DNA from: Octopus vulgaris
Lineage: Eukaryota
NCBI GenBank assembly: GCA_951406725.2
Contig: OX597819.1
Location: forward strand, 39,804,001-39,868,000
DNA length: 64,000 nucleotides
Direction of reading: 5' to 3'
Below the pieces are notes generated by a model. The model was not told where the DNA came from, made no database searches, and saw only the letters and a list, made by a program, of their open reading frames with translations. The first letter of the stretch is position 1. Every line of letters begins with the position of its first letter. The translations under genes were made by a program, and so were the position numbers. Positions 44,960 to 56,769 of the stretch are shown one piece after another.

Positions 44960-45815
44960 TACGGTATACATCAACCTTTGTTCCCCTTGTAATTCCATGT
45001 TAGGATCAGACACGAGCCTCAGAAACCCTGGAGGAATCAGTTGCCTTCTGAAGCCTGAAAGATATTTCATCATCCAAGGAGCGATACTGGCTGGGTTGAG
45101 CTCCCCGGATAAACAAACTTGTCTAATACTTTCAGTGCTGTTCCTTCAACTAATTTGGATGGTTTCATATATGGGTTTTTTGACGCAGGCTGGAACATTA
45201 CAACAACGTTGTGCAGGCTAATACTGAGTCCGAGTACCTTGCAAGATGCAGAAATATGATCCGTGAGAATTTGCATTTCTTCACTTGTATGAGTAACTAA
45301 GTTGCAGTCACCGCATAAAGGAAGTCACGAATGAGAGACTGAAAATCTTTGGAATAGACAGTAAATTGACGCAAAATGAAGAGACGATTAGAAATTCGGC
45401 ACCTCACATATATCTCAGAGGAGCAATCCACAGCAAGAGCATAAGTGAGAGTAACAGTAAAATACAAGGAAATGAGAGCTGGGTCAAGGATTCCACCTTG
45501 CTTGACACCATTCTCTACAGGGATGAGTCCCTTCACGCCACCACCGACATCGAGCCATGCTTCCATCGCATCATGAAATGATTTAATCAATACAAACTTG
45601 TTATGACAACCAAGTTTGCCAAGTGTTTTCACAGGGCTAAACAATATCCATATTCTGCTCATCTTTTTGCATCTGTCTTGCTGGGAAGATCATATCTGTA
45701 GTTCCCCTACCTGAACGAAAGCCACATTAAGATTCAGATAGGGCATCGTCGGCAACTAAACCGGTACCCCACCTAGTTAGCCGAGTGAGGAGGGTTACTA
45801 GAAACCCAGGAGAAT
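44960..45815 (-). pseudogene. RTE-clade LINE fragment: 5'-UTR-like hairpin fused to RT sequence
   Basis: LSES*CGFRSGRGTTDMIF, KLGC..KFV.IKSFHDAM...GVKQGGILDPAL.SLYF...IRDFLYA, LKVLDKFVYPGS. Confidence 0.85.
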
Positions 45816-45988
45816 ATACATACGTACATACATACATACATACATACATACATACATACATACATACATACATACATACATACATACATAAGTACGTGCA
45901 ATGTGCGTTCGTATGTATGTATAGATATAGGGAGACTCCAAAAATATATACACATTTCAACTCATTCGATGTAACCCAAAAGAAATAA

Positions 45989-46960
45989 TGAACAGGGCCA
46001 GACTAAGCTGTGAATAAAGGAAATATTCCTATAGTGCTAGGGGAAGTTTGAAAACGCATTCGAAGTGGAAAGAAACTTTAGAAGGGAGTTTCAGACTGAT
46101 TCACCTTTGTGACTTACCATCACTCGAAATTTGAAGCAGGTGGCACTGCTCAGAATGTCACCAAGAAGCGTTTTGTATGACCGCGCACATCGACGAGACC
46201 CACAAAGCAAGGGTAGGAGAAATATATTGCCAGAGTTCAAAAGAAATCTATGACAAGCGAGTGGTGGTATAGGAATTTCAAGATCAGATGTCCATCGCAT
46301 TGTGAAGCGCGGTATTGGAAAAATTAAATTCCGAGAATAGTTCATGCTGTCAATGAAAAGTGGAGTATTGCACGTGTTACTTGACAAGTTGCGTAGAAGG
46401 TGCACACTTTCCGAGAACGATTGTTTAGAGTGATAATTCAATTAAATGTCTCAAGTAAACGTCATGATAGCACCTACGGTGGACCTGAGAATCCACATAT
46501 TACGGAGGAACGCCATGATAATTTATCATCTTATCAAAAAGGATTAAATAGACGAATCTCTTTTGATGCTTCTGTGACTGGTACCATTTTCTTGAACTTA
46601 CTGCGACAATCTGTCAAACTAAGTATTCAAGAGGACTTTGAAGACGTAGAGCTTTATTTCCAGTATAAAAGGACATCCCCGCACTAGGGTAGTATTGTAA
46701 GGGTCTTTCCATAAACGTAGATAGGACGAAAAGGTTCATTAGAATACCTTCCGCGTTCAGCGGCCCTCACTTCACTAACTTTTGTTTTTCATGAGGCTAC
46801 ACACGAAGGATAGAGTTTACGGTACAAAATCTGCAACGGTTGATGAATTGAGGACAATGGAAGAGAATACGCACAAATACAGAACAAAATTATCTTTTAT
46901 GTTTGCGATTCCATTACCTTGCGTTACCGGTAGTACCTAACCCAAAACGTAGAAGATTCA
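45989..46960 (+). pseudogene. Decayed rosa/DD41D-like Tc1/mariner transposase
   Basis: KFENAFEVERNFRREF, KFEAGGT, RH..TYGGPENPHI.EE, FDASVTG..FLNLL...LYFQ, IGRKGSLEYLPRSAALT (cf. WPPRSPDL). Confidence 0.8.
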
Positions 46961-47058
46961 ATTCTGTCTGTAGATTCTATTAAACTTTGAAAATATGTAT
47001 TTTATAAATACTGACTATAATTATTCAATGTATATATATATATATATATATATATTAT

Positions 47059-47093
<35 letters not shown>

Positions 47094-48009
47094 GTATATT
47101 GGGGACACATTGTATATGCGGGGCGTATAACAAATATGATTTCTACCTTTATACATGTGTGTGTATGTGTGTGTGTAAACTATTTTTATTTTACCTATCC
47201 TTATTATTTATAGGAATAAATATTTTTATATGTTCTATATATACGTACTTCTATAAATATACGTACCCACACATATATATATACACACAAACGTACACAC
47301 ACATACATATATGTGTGGGGGGTGTATGTATGTATTCATATGTGTGTGTGTGTGTATGTGAGTTTGTGTGTGTGTGTGTATGTACGTGTGTGTGTTGGAG
47401 GGACATGTGTGAGTGTGTGTAATTGAATTGGTTGAAAGTCACACGTTTCAGCTTATATAATATATTTTTTCCTGTTGGTCGTCATTTACGTCATAGGCTT
47501 CGCTTCACCTATTTAAGAAGACATATAATGGGAATATAGCGATTGAATGTCCGATAATATTTTTTCTTTTGATCTGTTTTGAAGAGTAATGTATTATCTC
47601 ACATACAGGACAAACATAAGCGTTCATTCAAATCAAAGCTCACTTGGGTATGTGTAACGATTCAATTATTCAGTTGGTAATCAAAGTCACCCTTTGGGTG
47701 CCAATCTGTCAACGTCAAGAAAAGCTTCAACTTGGAACAGCAAGGTGAACATCAACTTGATTTTACTTATTAGTTAGATTGTAGCGACCCGCCTACAGAT
47801 AAGATTCTGTGAATTTTATCTTTTAATTGTAGTTACCTATTTTAGCTACTTATATGCATGACACATCTAGACACGCAAACTGACCTAAAACTAAGAAAAA
47901 GTAAAATAAATGACGAAACGGCAGAGTCGTTAGAACATCAGATAAACAGATTTGCTGTATTTTTCTAATTTTGTGCTCTTATTATTATCATTATTATTAT
48001 TATTATTGT

Positions 48010-48557
48010 CTTCTTGACAAACAGTGCATGTCATCAAAGTGACAATGGGGTAAAATATGCGAAGCCCAGTATACCCATCATGACTACCCGTTTGATAAGG
48101 GTACACTAGGTACATGCATCACAACCATATGTGCCCGACATGGTGATCTCATCAAAATAAACAGCGCATGACCTTGCAGGTGGGGCCCATTTAGAATTTT
48201 CTTCTGGTCGAGTAACCCATCCCGCTCAAAAAGTCCTTGAATAAGGGTTGTTTAAAAACGAAACACCCATGTTTCCTGGGCTGACTTATTCAAACCCCAA
48301 AGAATCCCTCTCAACACATGGCTATGATGCTCCCCCACTACTTCTGCTCATGATCAGAGATGCACTTATCGTCAGCCACTAAGGGACATGCTCAACTGGT
48401 TAAGGTCAAACAACTGACAAGCAAATCTGTGGCATTGAGCAGAATATTTGCTGTATCCTATCTTTTATACCAAGACAAAACCTTGTGCATGATAACACTT
48501 CTAATCAGTTAAGATCAGAAGCCACGAGAGCCACTACCCGGTACTGCATCAGGGCAT
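48010..48557 (-). mobile_element. Family D ~550-bp (TAA)n-inserted element, third copy
   Basis: Collinear with 27199-27748 and flanked by (ATT)n. Confidence 0.85.
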
Positions 48558-48558
48558 A

Positions 48559-48611
<53 letters not shown>

Positions 48612-48613
<2 letters not shown>

Positions 48614-49255
48614 TCCTTTTTTTCTTCAAATTTTCTACCGTTTTTCGCCGTGTTTTCCGTACACCTGGGGCAGAGAAACTCATTGTATGCATTCCCAGAT
48701 TACACGCGCAAATTCACAGGTAAAATATGTACTTAAAAAATTAATAAATAAATAAATTCATGAATGGATGTTATTTTCACTGTGATAATGCTCTTCTCAG
48801 TACATGAGCCGTTCCAGTTAACACGATTTTTTGCACTTCCTGTAGGGGTGGTAAGCCTGGTATCATTTTCAAATAGGTTTCATTACCTTTTTTTATCATT
48901 CCTAGAGATCCTACAATCACTGGTACTGTAGTTGCCTTGAGATGCCAGATTTTTTCAATTTCTATTAGCAAGTCTTTATATTTACTGATCTTGTCAAATT
49001 CTTTCGCCGCTATATTGTGATCGCAAGGAATACTCATGTCAATTAATAAACATACCTTTTTTGTCTGATCTTTTATAATAATATCCTGTTTATTAGCTTT
49101 CATAGTTTTGTCGGTATGTACGGGGAAGTCCCATAGAATCGATACATTTTCTCCCTCAGTCACAGCTTCAGGATGGTGTTTATGCCATTTGTCAGCAGTT
49201 TTGATTTTATAATGCCGACATATTATCCAGTATGAATACTGGCCGACTCTGTCAT
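48612..49255 (-). mobile_element. 5'-truncated R4/Dong-type LINE: open RLE frame (48777-49255) plus 3' UTR
   Basis: DRVGQY.YWIICRHY...ILWDFPVHTDK...DIII...LIDMSIPCD.N...KISKYKDL.IEI...PVIVGSLG...VQKIVLTGTAHVLRRAL. Both ends lie in (TAA)n. Confidence 0.9.
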
Positions 49256-49512
49256 TATTATTATTATTATTATTATTATGTCTTGTCATCTTGACAAACT
49301 GTGGCCATGCTGGAGCATGGGGTAAAATCGAGCAACTCGACCCCGGGACTTATTCTTTGATAAGGGTACTTATTCTATCGGTCTCTTTTGCCGAACCGTT
49401 AAGTGCCCGACATGGGGATCTCATCAAACATAAACCAGCATGACCGGTTGTCAAGCAATGCTAGGGGGACAAACACAGACATTTTCACAAACACACACAC
49501 ATACACACACAC

Positions 49513-49563
<51 letters not shown>

Positions 49564-49861
49564 TAAGACGGGCTTCTTTCAGTTTCCGTCTACCAAAGAA
49601 TCCCTCTCAACACAGGCTTTGCTCCCCGACTACTTCTAGTATGATCAGAGATGCACTTATCGCCCAAGGTGCCACGCAGTGGACTGAACCCGGAACTGGT
49701 TAAGGTCAAACAAGCTGACTTACCACACAACTCCTGCGTCTTTGTGAATTTGTGTTTGTGAATTGTTGACATCTCAGACAAAACCTTGTGCATGATAACA
49801 CTTCTAATCAGTTAAGATCAGAAGCCACGAGAGCCACTACCCGGTACTGCATCAGGGCATA

Positions 49862-49931
<70 letters not shown>

Positions 49932-49934
49932 TTA

Positions 49935-50560
49935 GAAAGGATTGACGTAACTCATCACGAAGGTTAACAGGCAAGACGAAGAGAGCGATGCGATTGCAGG
50001 AGATAGTTTATTGGTTGAACAATATTTCGACACTCCGTGTGTCTTTTACAAGTTCAAAATACAAATTGAAATTGAATTCAAAGATAGGAAACGCTGAAAC
50101 ATTCAAAATTAAATCGGAATAACTGCGTTTCTTTCTGAGTAAAACGAAGTCATTAGTCTTTCGTCTTTCGCAAAAGGTAGCAGAAGGAAGGAAAGAAAGG
50201 AGAAAAAAATGAAGAAAAGAAGAAAGAAAACAATTGGAGAAAAAATTATTCAGTCAAAAAGTTTAGTGTAAATACGGTGGAATTCACCTGCCATTTTATA
50301 AATTCCTCCAGGCTGAGATGTCAACAGTTCACATATATATCTATCCTCATGGGTTTTGAGGGCCGAAAGTGCAGTGGAGTGAAGGTATGTTTTGAGAATG
50401 TGCACCTTTGGGTCCTCTTCAAATTTACACCCGTTTGATGTGAAATTCTCTGCAAGTTCCGTGGAACTACTGTTATTGTGCCTGACGTCGTACCTATGCC
50501 CGGGAAATCTTTTTTGCAATCGTCCTGTTTTTGTGTTTAGTTCATACCGCCGCATACACC
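49935..50560 (-). mobile_element. Penelope-like element 3' portion: GIY-YIG C-terminus (ORF 50250-50555) and downstream pLTR-like region
   Basis: LQKRFPGHRYD...ELAENF...C.F...KVHIL...HEDRYICELLTSQPGGI fits the PLE GIY-YIG pattern (R...H; E...I..L.T..P.G). Decayed hammerhead-like fold at ~50015-50057. Confidence 0.75.
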
Positions 50561-50679
50561 AAATGGGAATCCTTACAGGTCCTCCATAAGAGAGGTAATC
50601 CCTGTTCGTTGTGCTATAACATGAGTCAGACCAATTCCATCAAGAATTATAACAGAAATGCTATGATTTACACAGAAGG

Positions 50680-50941
50680 AGGCACTTTCATCCCTCAAAA
50701 CCCACGAGGATAGACATTTTTTTTACTAGTTTCAGTCATTTGACTGTGGCCATGCTGGAGCACCGCCTTTTAATCGAGCAACTCGACCCCGGGACTTATT
50801 CTTTGTAAGCCCAGTACTTATTCTATCGGTCTCTTTTGCCGAACCGTTAAGTGACGGGGACATAAACACACCAGCATCGGTTGTCAAGCAATGCTAGGGG
50901 GACAAACACAGACACACAAACACACACACATACACACACAC

Positions 50942-51006
<65 letters not shown>

Positions 51007-51390
51007 TAAGACGGGCTTCTTTCAGTTTCCGTCTACCAAATCCACTCACAAGGCTTTGGTCGGCCCGAGGCTATAGTAGAAGACACTTGCCCAAGGTGCC
51101 ACGCAGTGGGACTGAACCCGGAACCATGTGGTTGGTAAACAAGCTACTTACCACACAGCCACTCCTGCGTCTTTGTGAATTTGTGTTTGTGAATTGTTGA
51201 CATCTCAGCCTGGAGGAATTTATAAAATGGCAAGTGAATTCCACCGTATTTACACTAAACTTTTTGACTTAATATTTTTTCTCTCCAATTGTTTTCTTTC
51301 TTTTTGTTTTCTTTCTTTCCTTCCTTCTGCTATCTTTTGTGAAAGACCAAAAACTGATGATGTCGTTTTACTCAGAAAGAAACGCAGCTG
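50680..51390 (+). repeat. Inverted duplicate of the Penelope 3' end (50680-50716 + 51189-51390), interrupted by a SINE
   Basis: GCACTTTC..CCCTCAAAACCCA.GAGGATAG and GTTGACATCTCAGCCTGGAGGAATTTATAAAATGGC... are reverse complements of ~50120-50372. Confidence 0.85.
50718..51168 (-). mobile_element. SINE family A, full-length well-preserved copy
   Basis: Minus strand: GCAGGAGTGGCTGTGTGGTAAG (A-box-like), GGTTCAGTCCC (B-box-like), internal (TA)n/(GT)n, A-rich tail. Confidence 0.92.
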
Positions 51391-52450
51391 AATACGCAGC
51401 AGAATACACGTCATTGATTGGATGAAATTACCGAAATAGGACAACTTTAACGTGAAATAACTTGGTAAATATAAGTTTTTCTCAAAAATGCTAAGAGTAA
51501 AAGATGTTTTATATGACACAGTCTACCCGTTTCCGAAGTTTGAAAGTGTTTAGTTACAAAGAATTATTTTTTAAATCTGTCACTCAAAAGGTAAGTATCC
51601 CCAAGTTCAAAACCTTGCACCTTACAGAGTCACCAATTTCACACTCTATACTGTGTCAACTGTTCCATACGAAATTTCCCGGCACCATCGCTCACACCGA
51701 CTGCATGGCTCCAACTACTATATAAAACCGTTCACATCGGCCTCCAGCACATCACACATCAACGTAGCACATTATCTTCCAATCCGAACTTCGAATCACC
51801 TGTTCACATTGGCTTCCAGTGCGAACTGACTCGCCACGTGAGCAAATCGTAGTCTTTATACTTCGCCCACACCATAAAAGGGCACCAAAATCATACCACT
51901 TAAGCTTTAAACATTCTCGTGACCGCAAAGAATTATGTTTTTCGTTTTCGCTTGCAAAACTAGAGTGCAGTGTTCTAATTCGCGTCGTACGAATGAGAAA
52001 CTATCTGAATAAAATTTTTTCGTTCGTAACACTATTAAAACGTCCAACTGGCAGAATCTTTACCAAGTGGGATAAAATGTTTAGCCACATTTCTTCTGGC
52101 TCTTTACGTTCTGAGTTCAAATGCTGCTGATGTCAACTTTGTCTGTTATCTTTTCGGGATCGAGAAAATAAAGTACCAAGTGGTGGGGTTGTTGCAATGG
52201 ACTTACCTACTCACCTCGAAATTTCTTGTCTTGTGCCAAAATTATAAATAATCATTTCTCTCTCTCTCTATCTGTCTCCCGACAGTCGTAGGATCTGGAA
52301 AGATTTCTATGCCCGATACTCAACATCGGCAGTTGAGGACCCAAGTCCAGACAAAGGTTTTCATATGCAAGTAACGAACCATTACCTCTTCGCCTAAGAC
52401 GTTGATCAGGTAGAATCTTTAGCCCGCTGAGCAAAACACTTAGCGATACT

Positions 52451-52877
52451 GGATCTTTTAGGTTTGAACGGCAGTTTTTAACATAATTTCTAGGCAACTA
52501 AAAGATTTTAAACTTCGTATACTGGTAGAATGTGTTTATAAAACATCTTTTTCTCTTGACTTTATTGAGAAAATTCTATAGTTTGTAAGATATTTGTTGT
52601 TTTTCTTCTTTAATTTCTGCAATTTCAACCAATCATTGACATTTATTGAGGTAAAAAAAAACATTCTGTGCCGTATGAATATGTCCCTCGTTTAAGAAAC
52701 AGATTGGGTTTATTTACATTTGTGAAGAAAAAAAAGATACCCTTCCCCCAACCCTAACCCTAACCCTAACCCTAAAACAGTTTGAAATGCAATAGATCGA
52801 TACTAGGGTCATAATTATGGGTGACAATTTCATATGACACCGCTAGAAAAAAACTGCCGTTCAAACCGAAAAGATCC
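52451..52877 (+). mobile_element. MITE copy 2 (GG...CC termini, 8-bp TSD; Merlin- or hAT-type), nested in a SINE B (52410-53035)
   Basis: TSD GCGATACT (52443-52450) / GCGATATT (52878-52885); TIR GGATCTTTT.GGTTTGAACGGCAGTTTTT; (CCCTAA)4 at ~52752-52775. Confidence 0.85.
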
Positions 52878-53397
52878 GCGATATTTCTTCCGGTTTTGTA
52901 TATTCCACTGAGATCGATTTTGACTTTGACTTTCAGAGACGATGAAATAAAATACCAGTTGAGCAGTAGAGTGGATGTAATCGACTAGTCCTCTCTCTCA
53001 AAGTTTCAGGATTTATGTCTATAGTAGGAAGGATTACCTCTTCACCTCATAGTTCGATGCACAATCATGGTGTCATAGTGAATAAACGAAATATGAGAAT
53101 GGTTAGAGATCAAGATACACTGATCAACGTGATAATCATTGTTGCTTTATATATCAATATACTTTATTTTATATCGCTATTTGTGAACAAGTGCGTCGTT
53201 GTTTACAGGTTTCCAGTAAGTCGTTCATTGATTCACTGCTGCATTTTTCACGGTAACAATGACAAGGTATTGTTTGTGCAACAACAGCGAAACAAATATC
53301 ACTAGGGGTTTCGCTCTAAAGCATCTGTTCATTGGTTTTCTAGCTGATATTTACATCTTTGCCTAATATGAATTGGTGAACGATGTGTGCGTGTATG

Positions 53398-53456
<59 letters not shown>

Positions 53457-53459
<3 letters not shown>

Positions 53460-53975
53460 CAGCCATGCACAATGTGTTACCATAAAGGGAAAATATGTCA
53501 CTAAACGCGACTAAGGGCGCCAAGAAGCCTACACTGCTAGAAATATGAACTAAAATGCTCTAATGCTGTAGTAAAAGCACATAATTGTATACATATATGC
53601 TCTCGGGGCTATAATCGTCCAAAAACACCGATTCGAGAATTCGTTATATTGAACGTTCAGTTTCGGTTCTTTCCGTAGCCTCGTCAATAAGGCTATTTCC
53701 GGGCTTAATCGACCGTCACCATATATGTATTTTTCGTAAAAACTCATGGATGATCTAGCGAATCGCTAACGTGTATACAAAAATTAATATAAACAACTAT
53801 GCGCAATGTGTTAGCATAAAGGAAAAATATAATTGTGACTGTATCGATTCGATATTTTAGAGCGATGGCAGCCCTGTGAGCATATATGCATACAATTATG
53901 TATACATATATACATAACAGCATTAGAGCATCTTATTTCTAGCAGTGTAGGCGTTTTGACGGCCTTAGTCACAAT

Positions 53976-53979
<4 letters not shown>
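53457..53979. repeat. Composite direct plus inverted repeat
   Basis: 53457-53500 is directly repeated at 53790-53830; ~53507-53635 is inverted at ~53845-53972. Confidence 0.75.
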
Positions 53980-54012
<33 letters not shown>

Positions 54013-54071
54013 CGTAATGAGATAAAAAAAAAACCAAGGCTAAGTAGATTTTAGACATTTATAGATAGAAT

Positions 54072-54119
54072 GTCTTACAGCTGTTTCCAGGATATTTATT
54101 ATATCCCTTCATCGGAGAC
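54072..54119 (-). ncRNA. Type I hammerhead ribozyme motif, U4C core variant
   Basis: Minus strand GTCT-CCGATGA-A-GGGATAT(AATAA)ATATCCT-G-GAA-ACAGCTGT-A-AGAC; the host element abuts (TA)n at 54010. Confidence 0.7.
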
Positions 54120-54264
54120 GGTGTGAGAGGATAGTTAAGTAAAAGTTAATTTAGATATGATACAAGATAGAGAGTGAGGTGGAGGAAAGAAAATAGATGT
54201 GAGATATGTAGGGATATCGAATTTGTAGATCCATTTTTTAGGCAAAATGGTATACATACATACA

Positions 54265-54300
<36 letters not shown>

Positions 54301-54582
54301 TATAATACAGGCTTCTTAGCCTGCATTTTTCACTGGTCTAAACTGACATGGAGGTAGTAGCAAATATTAGAGTCCCAGCTATGTGTTAACTATTATGTGA
54401 ATGACTGGGAGTGAAGCACAATTAATTCTCGTTACTATTTCCTTCTACACGCACAGGAAATTATTGGACTCTCGGAATGTTTGCACGGACTTTCTGATTT
54501 TACAAAGTGATCATACGAAGTTACGACTTGATTTCCACCACATGTGTGTTCTGGTATGTATGTATGTATGTATGTATGTATG

Positions 54583-54609
<27 letters not shown>

Positions 54610-54613
<4 letters not shown>

Positions 54614-55133
54614 CCCAGTACAACCTGTTGCATGGTCGGGGCGTCGGCGACTAAACCCGCAACCCCACCAAGCATGCTTGGTGAGGAGGGTGTTTATTGG
54701 ACACCCTGCGGGATGAAAAACAAAACCCGTCAAAGGACGGAGGAACTCTTGAGAGTCAACGGCCATCCAATAAATGTCTTAAGGATGTATCATGCGCGGG
54801 GACATAGAAATAATCGGACTGAATACCCGATCGCGCGGTTAAACCATTGAGAGTGAAGGACTCCTAGCCTTTGTTAGGGCATCCTTCTAGGAGAAGGTAA
54901 CTCAGGTAACTGGGATAACTCCGACATAACACCTGCGGCTCAGTGGTTACTGATGATGTTGACTTGTTCTTCTTTTCGGATTATGGCTGCTGTTGCTTAG
55001 TGAGTGGGATTGACTCAGTATACAGCTTCTCCTCACTTTAAAAAAAAATCTTCTTGCACAGGCATTGCGCGATAACAACATTGCTTAAGCTTCGTGCAAT
55101 GGCCATACTCGATAACGAGGGGGCAGCCACCAT
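54610..55133 (-). mobile_element. Non-autonomous RTE-related element (5'-UTR-like) in (TATG)n
   Basis: Minus strand CCCCCTCGTTATCGAG start, TTACCTTCTCCTAGA...CAAAGGCTAGGAG motif, and a hairpin shared with the RTE fragment at 45745-45812. Confidence 0.6.
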
Positions 55134-55229
55134 GTATGTATGTATAAGCTATAAGCGACTGAAGCAGCTTTTTTTGTAACGAATATTAATTAGTAAATCA
55201 AAGATAACTTGGATGTATTGCTTATAACG

Positions 55230-55278
55230 CGCCTAGAACTGCAGTTATAAAAACCACATCCAAGTTAGCTTGAATGTG

Positions 55279-55343
<65 letters not shown>

Positions 55344-55462
55344 GATCTATATATCTATATCTATATATATCTATATCTATATCATGGTCCTGAAAGGATA
55401 GAAAATCGGAGTATTTCCAATGCAGCACTGAACCCGAGATCGTGGCTATCTTCACTCCTGAA

Positions 55463-55538
<76 letters not shown>

Positions 55539-55649
55539 ATATCTATCTATCTGCCTGCTTGCATACCTACCTATCCACCCACCCACCCACCCATCCACCA
55601 CCTACCTACCTACCTACCTACATGTATATTTTATTATTTAATATTATAT

Positions 55650-55747
<98 letters not shown>

Positions 55748-55849
55748 ATATAATATTAAATAATAAAATATACATGTAGGTAGGTAGGTAGGTAGGTAGG
55801 TGGGTGGATGGGTGGGTGGGTGGGTGGATAGGTAGGTATGCAAGCAGGC

Positions 55850-55926
<77 letters not shown>

Positions 55927-56046
55927 GTTCAGGAGTGAAGATAGCCACGATCTCGGGTTCAGTGCTGCATTGGAAATACTCCGATTTTCTATCCTTTCAG
56001 GACCATGATATAGATATAGATATATATAGATATAGATATATAGATC

Positions 56047-56103
<57 letters not shown>

Positions 56104-56288
56104 CAATAATAATTCTCTAAAAGGGATATAGACAGTAACTGCTCGATAACATAAGGGACTAAAGCCATCTGAATATGGCTAGGGACAGGGCAGGGTGGTG
56201 GGGGTGTTACTGGGGCTAAATGCAACAGTAACACCCCCACCACCCTGCCCTGTCCCTAGCCATATTCAGATGGCTTTAGTCCCTTATG

Positions 56289-56325
<37 letters not shown>

Positions 56326-56374
56326 CACATTCAGGCTAACTTGGATGTGGTTTTTATAACTGCAGTTCTAGGCG
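55230..56374. repeat. ~1.1-kb inverted duplication centred on (TA)n, with a nested perfect 67-bp hairpin
   Basis: 55340-55658 mirrors 55739-56050, 55230-55283 mirrors 56321-56374, and 56146-56212 is the exact reverse complement of 56226-56292. Confidence 0.9.
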
Positions 56375-56685
56375 TGAATTAAAACGAAACATATTCTGTG
56401 TTGTTATAATTCCTATAAACAACTGCAAATGTACGCATGTATATGGTTCAAATTCACAGAAAACAAAAAACGGGGACAGGTGTAGGAACAACGTTCAGAA
56501 AGAAATCTTTTACGTTGGAAAGTTGTGGGGTCTTTTTCTACTTTCTTTCGGGATAACATTGAAAAGTGCAGGACCGAGAGAAAAGATTAAGAGGGGAAAA
56601 AAAGAAAGAATGAAAAAAGAACGGAGAGAGAAAAGAAGTGTAATGGCCGGAAGAAGCTAAATAAAAGGGAGATAATAACAATAAC

Positions 56686-56762
<77 letters not shown>

Positions 56763-56769
56763 CAATAAT

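Noticed and set aside
51585-51860. Plus-strand AAG|GTAAGT donor and CTATATAAAA TATA-like box
   Set aside because: The donor precedes the TATA, and no consistent exon or ORF could be built.
54640-54712. CCC-TCCTCAC as an HDV-like ribozyme P3/L3
   Set aside because: I could not build the nested P1/P2/P3 pseudoknot; reported only as a conserved hairpin.
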